Sequence record: NZ_CP031419.1
DNA length: 64,000 nucleotides
Direction: 5' to 3' (one strand)
From: a plasmid
The notes below the pieces were generated by a model. That model saw only the letters and a program-made list of their open reading frames with translations. It was not told the origin of the DNA and made no database searches. Below, one piece after another: positions 46,464-56,262 of this stretch. The translations under genes were made by a program, and so were the position numbers. Every line of letters starts with the position of its first letter. Within the stretch, counting starts at the first letter, position 1.

Positions 46464-47330
46464 ATGCCATTGCTGCGCGTCGCTGTCCCGAACAAAGGTT
46501 CTCTGAGCGAATCGGCTCTGACGTTGCTCACCGAGGCCGGGTATCGCCTACCGCGGGTGCGGAACAAGGAGTTGAACTGCTTCGATCCCGAGAACGAGAT
46601 CGAGTTCTTCTTCCAGCGGCCCCGCGATATCGCGGTGTACGTGGGCGCGGGAACCCTGGATCTGGGGATCACGGGCAAGGATCTGCTCGACGACGCCGCC
46701 GCGCCGGCGGAGTCGGTTCTCGACCTCGGGTTCGCCCGGTCGACGTTCTATTTCGCGGCGCGTCCGGACGGGCCGAAGTCGGTGGCGGACCTGGCGGGCC
46801 GGTCGGTGGCGACGTCGTATCCGGAACTGGTGCGCAAGCACTTGGCCCAGGCGGGGGTGTCGGCCAACGTCGTGGTGTTGCAAGGCGCGGTGGAGAACGC
46901 GGTCGCCCTCGGCTTGGCGGATGCGATCGCCGATGTGGTGGAGACCGGGACGTCGTTGGAGAACGCGGGCCTGGTCACCTTCGGTGAGCCCCTGATGAGG
47001 TCGGAGGCGGTGCTGATCCGCAGTACCACGGCGGAGTGGACCGATGAGCGGGCCGAGGCGGTGACGGTGATGCTGGACCGCCTCAACGGGGTGTTGACCG
47101 CGCGCCGGTACGTGATGGTCGATTACGACTGCCCGCGGGCGGTGCTCGATGCGGCGTGTGCGTTGACGCCGGGGATCGAGTCGCCGACGGTGTCGCCACT
47201 GGCGGACCCGGATTGGGTGGCGGTGCGGTCGTTGGTGGAGCGCAAGAGCATCAACCGCACCATGGACGACCTCAAGAAGCTCGGGGCCTCCGCGATCCTG
47301 GCGACCGAACTGGCTGCCTGCCGCCTATGA
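46464..47330 (+). CDS. hisG: ATP phosphoribosyltransferase
   Basis: 'MPLLRVAVPNKGSLSESALTLLTEAGY…' full-length HisG-like sequence; GAGGA RBS. Confidence 0.9.
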   Translation: MPLLRVAVPNKGSLSESALTLLTEAGYRLPRVRNKELNCFDPENEIEFFFQRPRDIAVYVGAGTLDLGITGKDLLDDAAAPAESVLDLGFARSTFYFAARPDGPKSVADLAGRSVATSYPELVRKHLAQAGVSANVVVLQGAVENAVALGLADAIADVVETGTSLENAGLVTFGEPLMRSEAVLIRSTTAEWTDERAEAVTVMLDRLNGVLTARRYVMVDYDCPRAVLDAACALTPGIESPTVSPLADPDWVAVRSLVERKSINRTMDDLKKLGASAILATELAACRL

Positions 47331-47344
47331 CCCACGCACCCGTG

Positions 47345-47608
47345 TCATCGCTGGTGTTGGCCGCCGTCGGCGCGGCGCTGGACGGCGGTGGCGATGAGTC
47401 GTATATCCCGCCCGGCGCCGTGTGCGGCAGCAACGGCTTCGCGTAGCGCGGCGATTTCCTCTGGCCGCAGCGCGGCGAGCGGCACATCCTCGCCGATCAC
47501 CTGGAGCGCCTGTTGGGAGGCGGTTTCCAGCTCGTCGGCGCACTTGACCAGCTGGGCAGTGAGCGGAAATCTCGCCTTGTCTGCGGTCAGCAGAAAGTCG
47601 TCAGCCAC
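47345..47608 (-). CDS. hypothetical protein
   Basis: 87 aa, GTG start, weak RBS. Confidence 0.35.
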   Translation of the reverse strand: MADDFLLTADKARFPLTAQLVKCADELETASQQALQVIGEDVPLAALRPEEIAALREAVAAAHGAGRDIRLIATAVQRRADGGQHQR

Positions 47609-47617
47609 GGCGCAAAC

Positions 47618-48976
47618 CTAGCGCCCCCGACCGCCCATGGAGTTCACTTCCGCGGTATCGGGGGCCCGGATCGGCCACAGTGCTGGTACACAGCTTGATT
47701 CGTCGCGCTTACGCCGGATCTCCGGAATCTGGGCCCCCACGGGCCCGGATTCACGATCGGTGGTCAGCGTGTCGAACACCTCGACCGCGCACCGGTCGGT
47801 GTAGGCCGCGACCTGATCAACGACCACCCGGACCCGGGCGGCGTCGGTGTCGGCGCGCAACCACGCCGCGGCGAAGCGGGGTTCGAGCAGGTCGGGGGCG
47901 GCGGTGAGGAGGGCGTCGAAGACGGTGTCGATGACGTGGCGCTGCCACGCCCGGCGGGCCCGCAAAGCGGGTGCACGGAGCACGAAGTGCAGGTGCACGG
48001 CTTTGAGTACCGCGATTTCGGCGCGGACGTGGGCGGGCACGACCAGATCGGCGGTGAACCGGTGGTGCGGGCCGAGTCCGGTGCCGGCTTTTGTCGCCTC
48101 TGTGATCGCGGTGGTGAACCGGGCGGTGAGCGCGTGCTCCAGCGCGGAGATCGCGGCCAGGTCGCCGGGCCCGGGGCGGGTGAGGGCAGCGACGGCGGGC
48201 AGGCCCAGCAGGTCGTTGGTGTGGGCGTCGATGTCGTCGACGGCCACGGTGGTGAAGTGGCCGTGGGCGAGCTTGGCGAACTCGGCGCGCTCGGACGCAG
48301 ACGTGAGCGGGGACAGGGTGATCGCACCGGTGCGCAGCCCGGCGGTCAGGTCGGTGACAGCGTTGGCGATGTCGTCCGCTGTGTCCATGATCTGCGCCTC
48401 CACGCACAGCCGCCGATCCGGTGCGCCGTGGCGGACCCAGGCCAGGGTGTCGGCGTCGTCGGGGTAAGCGCCGAACTTGCGGGCCGGGCCCGGGGTCCAC
48501 GGGTATTTGCAGGTCGCGTCCAGGCTGGCGCGCGTCAGGTTCAACCCGCCACCGGTAGCGGTGCTGGGTTCGAGTCGGGTGAGGATGCGCAGGGTCTGGG
48601 CGTTGGCCTCGAACCCGAGCCCGTGGGCGCGGGCCTTGGTGCGCAACGCCATCTCGCCGTTGTGCCCGAACGGTGGATGTCCGAGATCGTGTGCCAGGCA
48701 ACCGGTTTCGACCAGCGTGGGGTCGGCGCCGACGCCGAGGGCGATGCGGCGGCCGAGGGTGGCCACGGTCAGGGAGTGGGTGAGCCGGTTGTGGGGTACC
48801 GGCCCGGCGTCGGGTTCGTCGACCTGGGTGATGTTCGACAGTCGGTGCAGCGCGCCGCTGGCGAGCAGCCGGCCGCGGTCGTGGTCGAACACGGTGGCCG
48901 GATCGCGGTAGGGGTGGCCGTGTTCGGGGATGCGGCGAGCCCGGTCGTGGTGGCTGTAGCCGGTCGGGGTCGTCAT
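47618..48976 (-). CDS. dgt: dGTPase-like triphosphohydrolase (HD domain)
   Basis: 'LAHDLGHPPFGH' HD motif; GAGAGGA RBS before ATG 48976. Confidence 0.85.
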   Translation of the reverse strand: MTTPTGYSHHDRARRIPEHGHPYRDPATVFDHDRGRLLASGALHRLSNITQVDEPDAGPVPHNRLTHSLTVATLGRRIALGVGADPTLVETGCLAHDLGHPPFGHNGEMALRTKARAHGLGFEANAQTLRILTRLEPSTATGGGLNLTRASLDATCKYPWTPGPARKFGAYPDDADTLAWVRHGAPDRRLCVEAQIMDTADDIANAVTDLTAGLRTGAITLSPLTSASERAEFAKLAHGHFTTVAVDDIDAHTNDLLGLPAVAALTRPGPGDLAAISALEHALTARFTTAITEATKAGTGLGPHHRFTADLVVPAHVRAEIAVLKAVHLHFVLRAPALRARRAWQRHVIDTVFDALLTAAPDLLEPRFAAAWLRADTDAARVRVVVDQVAAYTDRCAVEVFDTLTTDRESGPVGAQIPEIRRKRDESSCVPALWPIRAPDTAEVNSMGGRGR

Positions 48977-48995
48977 CGGCGTGGTCCTCTCGTCG

Positions 48996-49745
48996 CTATG
49001 GGGTGATCGGCTCGTCGACGGTGGTCGACGCGGCGAACAGGGCCTCGATCTGGGCGGGGTGCAGGTAGCGGGTGATCAGTGGATCGGTCCGGAACCGGGC
49101 GGCCGGGACGCCGAGGAACCGGTGCTCGAGGTACATCAACCGCCGAAACACCAGCCGGTAGATGTGTGCGGGGACGCCGTGGCAGGAGACGGTCAGCAGC
49201 TGCCCGGCGTGGTGGTGGCGGCGGAGTTCGAGGGTGCTGATCAGCCGGTTGGTGTCGAGCAGCCGCAACTGCCCGGCGACGTCGACGACGAGGTTGTCCA
49301 TCGGCGGATCGATGAAGTCCGGGATCAGCGACGCTTCGGCATCGAGGGCGGGCACCGGCGCGGTGTCGGCCAGCAGCCCGCGCACCACGCCGGTGAACAC
49401 GGCGAGCTGGTCGAGGGTTTGCCGCGGGAGCCGGTGGCGCGCGGCGATGCGCAGCGACCAGGCGGGCGCCACCGGCACGAAGTCCTTGACCACCACCGCC
49501 TCGCACAACCGCGCGGACGGGGCGGGCAGCAGCAGGCGCTCGTTCGGGATCAGGCCGGGCAGGACCGGATCGAAGATCGCCCGCAGGTATCGGTACTCGC
49601 GGCGCACCTTGGCCACGGTGAGTTCGGGGGCGTCGGGCCGGAACACCTGCATCACCACCGGGCTGCCGGGCCGGTGGTAGACCGTGGAATGGTTGCCCTG
49701 CCCGATCGCCCGATGCCGCCGGGCCGTCCCGATCACCGCGGTCAT
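48996..49745 (-). CDS. kinase-like protein (glycine-rich loop IGQGNHSTVY, VAKV motif)
   Basis: real part of track ORF 48996..50285 starts at ATG 49745 (MTAVIG…), overlapping GT stop by 4 nt. Confidence 0.5.
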   Translation of the reverse strand: MTAVIGTARRHRAIGQGNHSTVYHRPGSPVVMQVFRPDAPELTVAKVRREYRYLRAIFDPVLPGLIPNERLLLPAPSARLCEAVVVKDFVPVAPAWSLRIAARHRLPRQTLDQLAVFTGVVRGLLADTAPVPALDAEASLIPDFIDPPMDNLVVDVAGQLRLLDTNRLISTLELRRHHHAGQLLTVSCHGVPAHIYRLVFRRLMYLEHRFLGVPAARFRTDPLITRYLHPAQIEALFAASTTVDEPITP

Positions 49746-51076
49746 GCCCGCACCGCCTCGTGGGAGCCGATGACCTGGGCGTAGCCGGTGGCCATCTGCT
49801 CCACCCCGAACCGGGTGGCACTGGCCCGCCCGTTGCGCGCCAGGCGCCGGTGCAGTGCGGTGTCGGTGAGCACGCGTGCCAGGGCGTCGGCGAGCGCGCC
49901 GGGATCGCTCGGTGGCACCAGCAGCCCGGAGCGGCCGTGGTCGATGTAGTCGCGTGGTCCGCCGTGGTCGGTGGTGATCACCGGGGTGCCGGCGAGCATC
50001 GCTTCGATGTTGGCGTAGCCGAACGCTTCCGGGCAGCGCGACGGCAGTACCGCGACCGTCGCGGCCCGGTAGCAGGCCGCGACCTCGACCGGGGAGAGCT
50101 CGTCGAGCAGGAACACCCGCCCGGCCAGGTCGCTGGCGTTGATCAGATCGGTCAGCTCCCGGGTGTAGTCCAGGGCGCGGGTGTCGTGCATGTCGTGGCC
50201 GTTGAACACCGCGAACGCCTCCCCGGCGACACCGCGGGCGGACAGGATGCGCAGGGCGGCGATCAGATCGGCGTGGCCCTTCCACGCCACCCGCCGCGCC
50301 GAGAGCAACACCATCGGCCCGTCCGGAAGCTGGTTGCGGCGCGCGAGGGCGGCGAAGGCGTTCTCGGCGGCGGCCGCGCGCATCCGGGACTCGAACTCGG
50401 CGATGTCCATGCCGTTGGGCACCGTGTGGACCCGCTCGCCGGTGATTCCGGCCTTGGCCAGGTGTTCGGCCACCGCGGTCGACACCGCGACGATCCGCAC
50501 CGAGTGCTCGGTGACCTCGAGACGGCGGCGCAGGTAGTCGAACCGCCGCTCGGCGCCGGCGAGATCGTGCACCACCCCGGTCACGTTCAGGCGGCCGACG
50601 CCGGCCGCGGCCAGCCGACCGGACTGTTCGGCTTTGAGCACCGACACGATCGGATTGATGTTCTGCGCCAGCAGATCCGGTGTATCGGCGGTGGCGATGA
50701 CGTAGGCGTACTGCCGCGCCAAACCCGCATACACCGGATTTGCCGGGTCGTCGATGGCGTCCTCGTAGAAGTGGCGCACCCGCGCGGGGTCCTTGCCGCC
50801 GTCCGCACCGCCGAGGTACTGGCCGAACCCGCTCCGAATCCCTTGGGCCAGCACCACGGTGCCGTCCGGGGTGCGCAACTGGTAGGCGCCGGGGCGGGTG
50901 GCGCCGGTCTGGGTGATCGCCCAGCGCGTCCCAGGATGCCGGGCGGCCAGCGCGGCGAGCAGATGGTGGGTGTGGGCGACCAGACCGGTGTGGCGACAGG
51001 GTTTTCGCTGTCCCGTGGCCACGACGGTGCCGTGCATGTCGTAGGTGAGGATGTGCATCGCCGACGGGAATTCCAT
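49742..51076 (-). CDS. GT4-family glycosyltransferase
   Basis: 'EAFGYANIEAMLAGTPVI' EX7E motif; GGAGGA RBS before ATG 51076. Confidence 0.8.
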   Translation of the reverse strand: MEFPSAMHILTYDMHGTVVATGQRKPCRHTGLVAHTHHLLAALAARHPGTRWAITQTGATRPGAYQLRTPDGTVVLAQGIRSGFGQYLGGADGGKDPARVRHFYEDAIDDPANPVYAGLARQYAYVIATADTPDLLAQNINPIVSVLKAEQSGRLAAAGVGRLNVTGVVHDLAGAERRFDYLRRRLEVTEHSVRIVAVSTAVAEHLAKAGITGERVHTVPNGMDIAEFESRMRAAAAENAFAALARRNQLPDGPMVLLSARRVAWKGHADLIAALRILSARGVAGEAFAVFNGHDMHDTRALDYTRELTDLINASDLAGRVFLLDELSPVEVAACYRAATVAVLPSRCPEAFGYANIEAMLAGTPVITTDHGGPRDYIDHGRSGLLVPPSDPGALADALARVLTDTALHRRLARNGRASATRFGVEQMATGYAQVIGSHEAVRA

Positions 51077-51281
51077 ACCGTCCTCCACGTTCCGAGACGA
51101 CCGGATCAACAACCCCAGCAACCGGTTTCGGTGAACCAGGTCACATCAGGACACCGCGCGTATGGCCGGTCGCGGCAGTGGTGCGCTTGGTGCGTTTCGG
51201 TGCGTTTCGGTGCCGAGAGCGCACCGCGGTCGGTACCCTCGCCGCATCGACGCCGACGATCCGGTCCAGGGGGCGAGGTGG

Positions 51282-52652
51282 GTGAACGCACAGCTGGCCA
51301 CGTTGTTGTCCGACCTGGGATGGCGGCCGGAAACCTTCGCCCGCAAGCTGAGCGAGCACGCCCAGCTGCACGGACGCCGCGAGCATGTCCACCCGAAAAC
51401 CCCCTACAAATGGCTCGCCGGTGCCCGCCCGCGCTCACCCTGGCCGGACCTGGCAGCAGCGCTGCTCACCGCCGAACTCGCCCGGCCGATCACCCCCGCA
51501 GACCTCGGGTGGAACGCCGCCCCCACCGCTCCGCTACTCCCGGCCGACTCCGGGCTGGACGGGCCATGGACAGCGGAAGGGGCCTTGCGCGCCATAGCGG
51601 CGGTCACAGAGGCTGATCCCATGCAGCGAAGGCTCTTCCTCACCCTGATGGGCACCGCGATCACCGCGCCAGCGCACCAGTGGCTACTCGCCGCCGAAGG
51701 CAGCGACCTCACCCACACCGCCGGCACGCGCATCGGGATCGGCACGGTCGAGGAGATCGACACCATGACCGCCAGCCTGCGCCGCATGGACGACCAGCTC
51801 GGCGGCGGCACCCTGCTAAAAATGGTCCGCGCCCACCTGCGCCACGTCCTGAACCTGCTGCGCCACGGCAGCTACGACGACACCACCGGACGCCGCCTGC
51901 ACGCCTCGGCCGCCGAACTCCTGCGCCTGGCCGGATGGCTGTGCTTCGACACCAGCCAGCACGCCCGCGCCCAGCGCTACTGGGTCGCCGCGCTGCGCAC
52001 CGCCCACACCGCCGGCGACCGCGCCCTCGCCGCCAACGTCCTCGGATTCATGAGCTGCCAGGCCAAGGACATCGGCCAACCCCGCGAGGCCGCGATGCTG
52101 GCCGACACCGCGATCTCGGGCTATCCCGGTGCCAGCGCACGAGTTTCAGCGATCCTGCAACTGCGCGCCGCCGAAGCCCACGCCGTCGACGGATCGCCGA
52201 CCAACACCCGCCGCGCCATCGACGCCGCCTTCACCCACCTCGATACCCCTACCGACGGAGCGCCGGACTGGAGCTACTGGCTCGACGAAACCCACGCCCA
52301 CGGCCAAGCCGGATACTGCTACCTGCGCCTCGGAGAACACAGCGCAGCCCGGCATCACCTTCGGGCCGCGCTACGCAACAGCAGCGGCAACGACTCCCGC
52401 GAAGGCGCTCTTCGCTACGCGCTGCTGGCCACCACCTACGCCCGCCAGCCCGAACCCGACATCGACCACGCCCTGCACCACGCCGAACACGCCGTGGACC
52501 TGCTCACCGCCCAGGTCACCTCGACCCGGGTGACCGGCCACCTCACCACGCTGCTCAGCGACCTCACCCCTTACCGCCACCGACCCGGCGTCCGCCAACT
52601 ATCCGACCGCGTCCGCGCACTCCAGGCAGCCACCAGCAGCAGAAGCGCCTGA
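51282..52652 (+). CDS. XRE-like HTH regulator with C-terminal TPR-like domain
   Basis: N-terminal 'LATLLSDLGWRPETFARKLSEHAQL' HTH; C-terminal helical repeats; GTG start. Confidence 0.55.
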   Translation: MNAQLATLLSDLGWRPETFARKLSEHAQLHGRREHVHPKTPYKWLAGARPRSPWPDLAAALLTAELARPITPADLGWNAAPTAPLLPADSGLDGPWTAEGALRAIAAVTEADPMQRRLFLTLMGTAITAPAHQWLLAAEGSDLTHTAGTRIGIGTVEEIDTMTASLRRMDDQLGGGTLLKMVRAHLRHVLNLLRHGSYDDTTGRRLHASAAELLRLAGWLCFDTSQHARAQRYWVAALRTAHTAGDRALAANVLGFMSCQAKDIGQPREAAMLADTAISGYPGASARVSAILQLRAAEAHAVDGSPTNTRRAIDAAFTHLDTPTDGAPDWSYWLDETHAHGQAGYCYLRLGEHSAARHHLRAALRNSSGNDSREGALRYALLATTYARQPEPDIDHALHHAEHAVDLLTAQVTSTRVTGHLTTLLSDLTPYRHRPGVRQLSDRVRALQAATSSRSA

Positions 52653-52687
52653 CACATTCGCGCGGGGGTGGGGAATCCCGGGCAGGT

Positions 52688-53026
52688 TCAGAGGTCGTGG
52701 ACGTCGTCGACGCGCGCCTCGGGGTCCACGTATACCAGGATTCCCAGGGCAGCACCCACGCGCAGGGCGAGGCTCCGAGCCTTGGCTTCAGGCAGGTCGG
52801 CGAAGCCTCGGCAGATCGCCGACAACGGCTGATCGAGAGTCGAGTGGCAGGTGATATGTCCCTCGTCGTGGAGCGCATCCCGCACCATCTGCGACCGGCG
52901 GCCCGGCCGCAGCCTCATGAGGTTTCCGGGGCGGAAGATGCAGGTACTGCACTTGTCCTCACAGACGCGAACCTCGTTGTGCGAGTACACAATAGCGGTT
53001 CGCGCATCGTCCTCCGCGGTGTCCAA
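52688..53026 (-). CDS. hypothetical Cys-containing protein
   Basis: 112-aa ORF 'CEDKCSTC…CHSTLD'. Confidence 0.4.
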   Translation of the reverse strand: MDTAEDDARTAIVYSHNEVRVCEDKCSTCIFRPGNLMRLRPGRRSQMVRDALHDEGHITCHSTLDQPLSAICRGFADLPEAKARSLALRVGAALGILVYVDPEARVDDVHDL

Positions 53027-53130
53027 ATGCCCGCATACCTCCTGTTGCGATGGCCGGTCCGGTTCCGGGAGGCCACGATGGCAATCCAGCGTGCCAGCTT
53101 CCTGGTGCGACCGGTACCGGGAGGCCGGGA

Positions 53131-54198
53131 TCAGTCGTCACAAATGCTGCCTGGTGTTCGGCCGCGTGTCGCCCGGAGACGGGAGTCGTCGTGGCGGAAG
53201 TCGGAGGGGCTGCCGGAGTTGCTGTCGGGTTCGGGGGTGTCGTAGGCGGCGGCTGCGTCGGCGTGGTGTTGTCGTAGCGCAGCGCGGAGTTCGGGGGGTT
53301 GTTCGATGATCACGTCGCTGCCGAAGCTGGCGACGAGTGGGATGAGCCATTTCCAGCGGTCGACGTAGAGGACGATGCGGGTGGTGCCGTCGGGGTCGTG
53401 GTGGACTTCGGAGTCGGGTTTGAGTCCCAGGCGCAGCATTTCCTCGCGGCTGCCGGGGCGCACGCGGATGACGACTCGGGTGGGTCCGCGGCCGAAGTCT
53501 TCGAGTGCTTGGCGCCACCAGTCCTTGAGGTTGAAGGTGGTTTCGGGGTAGACGAACTTCAGGTCGGTGGCGGTGAGCCGGTCGATGTTGTTGAGCTGGT
53601 AGCGCTGGGGTTCTGAGTGTGGTGGTGCGGCGACGAGCCACCATTCCCCACCTTTCCAGACCATGCCGTAGGGCTTGACGATGAGGTGCTGGTGGTCGTC
53701 GCTGTGGTGGACGCGGACGGTGATCTGGATGGCGGTCCCGGTGAGCAGGGCCTCGCGGAGTGTGGCGAGGTGACCGGAGCTTTCGTCGCGCCAGTACCAG
53801 TCGGTGGTGTCGAAGTAGATGCGGTGGGCGAGACGGTGCAGGAACCGGGCGCGTGAGGCGCTGACGTTGTTCCTGCCGGAGTTTGCTTCGCCGCCTGTGG
53901 GTTCGGGGTGGGCGTGTCCTTGTTCGAGGAGGCCGAGGACGTAGAGGCGCAGGGCGTCGTCGCCGTCGACAAGCAGGGAGTCCAGCGGTTGATCGGTGGT
54001 GAGCCGGAATCCGCCGCCGCGGCCGGCCACGGACTCGATCGGGATGCCGAACGCGATCAGTTCCTCGATGTCGCGGTAGATGGTGCGCGCATTGACGCCG
54101 AACCGGGCGGCCAGCGAGGTCGCGGAAACCCATGTGCGGGACCGCAACTGGTGAACGATGGCGGTGTGGCGGGCGTGGCGTGGGTTGGTCGGCGGCAT
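53131..54198 (-). CDS. HTH-WYL domain transcriptional regulator
   Basis: N-terminal HTH 'ATSLAARFGVNARTIYRDIEEL'; WYL-like 'IVKPYGMVWKGGEWWLVA'. Confidence 0.7.
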   Translation of the reverse strand: MPPTNPRHARHTAIVHQLRSRTWVSATSLAARFGVNARTIYRDIEELIAFGIPIESVAGRGGGFRLTTDQPLDSLLVDGDDALRLYVLGLLEQGHAHPEPTGGEANSGRNNVSASRARFLHRLAHRIYFDTTDWYWRDESSGHLATLREALLTGTAIQITVRVHHSDDHQHLIVKPYGMVWKGGEWWLVAAPPHSEPQRYQLNNIDRLTATDLKFVYPETTFNLKDWWRQALEDFGRGPTRVVIRVRPGSREEMLRLGLKPDSEVHHDPDGTTRIVLYVDRWKWLIPLVASFGSDVIIEQPPELRAALRQHHADAAAAYDTPEPDSNSGSPSDFRHDDSRLRATRGRTPGSICDD

Positions 54199-54224
54199 GC
54201 GCGCGAGTCTGCTCGGCGGTGTGG

Positions 54225-55322
54225 TCAGCTCGCTGCGGCGGCCTGCCGGTAGACCTCGATCAGACGGCGGCCGACCGATTCCGCGGTGTAGTTGCTCAGG
54301 TGCGCGGTGACCGCGTCGTGGTCAGCGGGTTCTGCGTCGCAGACGGCGATGATGTTCTTGGCCAGGATCTCCTCGTCGTGCGGGTCGGTGTAGCGGGCGG
54401 CCAGGCCGCCGGTGACTTCGCGGAGGACGGGCAGGTCCGAGCACAGCAGCGGTGTTCCGGCGACGAGGGCTTCCTGGGCGGGGATGCCGAAGCCCTCGAA
54501 CAGGGTGGGGAACACGAACGCGGTCGCGGCCCGGTACAGGGCGGCGAGCTCGGCGTCGCCGATGTGGCCGAGGATCGTGATCTCGGGGTCGCGCATCGGC
54601 AGGCCCCGTTCCCAGCCGCGGCGCCCGGCCAGCAGCAGCCGGGCCGGTACCTGGTCGGGGGCGGCTGCTCGGGCGAGCCGGAAGGCGCGGACGAGGCGGG
54701 GGATGTTCTTCGACGGCATGTACACGCCGACGCCGAACAGGAAGGGCTCGGACGGGGCCAGGGCCGGGTCGGCGGTGCGCAGTTGGTGCGCGAAGTCGGT
54801 GGCCACGTAGTTCGGTACGACCTCAAGGGGTTTGCCGAGATCGCCGAGGGCGCCGACGATATCGGCGCGGGCCGCGTGGGAGACGGTGATGACCGCGCGC
54901 AGGTCCTCACCGGCCAGCAGGGTGTGCAGGCGCGGGTTCTGTACGTCGCGGACTGCGCGGACCATCTGGTCGGGGAACAGGTAGCGGCCGGCGTCGTGCA
55001 GGGTGAACACCGCGGGCCGCGGCAGGGCGGCGGGCAGCGCGAACGGGTAGTGCACGAGGTCGGCGTCGAAGTGCTCGATCTGGCGGTGCAGGTGGTGTTC
55101 GCGCCGGTCCGGCACGGTGAGAACGCGGATACCCGCGCGCTGGGCACGCGGGTATCGGTCGGCATGCTCGGCGGTGAGCACGACGGCGATCTCGACCTTC
55201 TCACCGGTCGCGGCGAGGGCGTCGGTGAGCAGGTGGATGTAGCGTTCGACACCGGTCTGGATGGTGGCGCGCCAGTAGCGGGCGTCGATCGCCACGCGCA
55301 GTGCTCGGTCAGACACGGGCAC
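54225..55322 (-). CDS. GT4-family glycosyltransferase
   Basis: 'FPTLFEGFGIPAQEALVAGTPLL'; last gene of coupled operon. Confidence 0.8.
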   Translation of the reverse strand: MPVSDRALRVAIDARYWRATIQTGVERYIHLLTDALAATGEKVEIAVVLTAEHADRYPRAQRAGIRVLTVPDRREHHLHRQIEHFDADLVHYPFALPAALPRPAVFTLHDAGRYLFPDQMVRAVRDVQNPRLHTLLAGEDLRAVITVSHAARADIVGALGDLGKPLEVVPNYVATDFAHQLRTADPALAPSEPFLFGVGVYMPSKNIPRLVRAFRLARAAAPDQVPARLLLAGRRGWERGLPMRDPEITILGHIGDAELAALYRAATAFVFPTLFEGFGIPAQEALVAGTPLLCSDLPVLREVTGGLAARYTDPHDEEILAKNIIAVCDAEPADHDAVTAHLSNYTAESVGRRLIEVYRQAAAAS

Positions 55323-56262
55323 CGGATTTCACGCCGACCTGCGTGCCCAGCTGCGCTACCCAGGTCTCGGTGTCGGTGGTGAGGAAGTCGAGCACGGTGT
55401 CGCCGAGGTCGCCCCAGCGGTCGGCGATGAACGCGGTGACCGTCTCGGGGGTCGGGTTCGGGTCGTCGAGGTAGAGGCGGCCGATCACGTCGACGACGTA
55501 GGTGTCGACGTGGGCGTGCCCGCCGGTGCCGTAGGACAGGTTCACCGCGAGGTTCGCGGTGTAGGGCCCGACGCCTTTGATCTGGAGCAGGTCGGTGATG
55601 ACCTCGGCGGTGGGGCGGTGGCGCCATTCGTGCCAGCTGTAGCCCGCCTCGGCCAGCGTCGCGGCGGCGGCCGCGAGTCCTTTGGCGCGGAACCCGACCT
55701 TGCAGGCCCGCAGCTGCTCGTCGCTGGCCTGTGCCAGCTGCGCGGGGGTGGGGAAGGCGTAGATCGTGGCGTCGTCGACGGTGGTGTCGGTGGGCACGCC
55801 GAAGGCTTGGGCGAGGTTGCGCATCATCGCGTAGATGCGGGCGAAGTTGGTGCGCTGAGCGCAGATCACCCCGCACAGCGCTTCGAAGATGTCGGGGTAG
55901 AGCTTGCCGCGTCCCAGCCCGCGGTGCGCGACGGCGGCCGCGAGCACCGGGTCGTCGGCGGTGAGGGCGTGCACCTGGTCGTAGGGGTAGTCCAGTTGCA
56001 GGCAGCGGGTCAACGTTTCGGTGACCGCCGCGACGGTGGCGGTGTCGAGGTCGGGGCCGGTCAGGGTGGCGCTCAAGGTGGTCGGCGCGGTCTGACGAAT
56101 CCGGGCGGTGGTGATCGTGGCATCGCCCGGCCCGGTGCGCACGGGCCGCACCAGGTCCTCGCCGTCGCGCACCCACGGGTAGATCAGGTAGGTCTCCAGC
56201 GCGTGGGTGAAGTCGACGTGGCCGTTGACCGGCAGCTCGATCACGGTGGTCTGGTCGGTCAT
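55309..56262 (-). CDS. HhH-GPD superfamily protein (AlkA-like DNA glycosylase fold)
   Basis: 'LQIKGVGPYTANLAV…HAHVDTYV' HhH-GPD with conserved Asp; ATGA overlap with upstream gene. Confidence 0.65.
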   Translation of the reverse strand: MTDQTTVIELPVNGHVDFTHALETYLIYPWVRDGEDLVRPVRTGPGDATITTARIRQTAPTTLSATLTGPDLDTATVAAVTETLTRCLQLDYPYDQVHALTADDPVLAAAVAHRGLGRGKLYPDIFEALCGVICAQRTNFARIYAMMRNLAQAFGVPTDTTVDDATIYAFPTPAQLAQASDEQLRACKVGFRAKGLAAAAATLAEAGYSWHEWRHRPTAEVITDLLQIKGVGPYTANLAVNLSYGTGGHAHVDTYVVDVIGRLYLDDPNPTPETVTAFIADRWGDLGDTVLDFLTTDTETWVAQLGTQVGVKSGARV

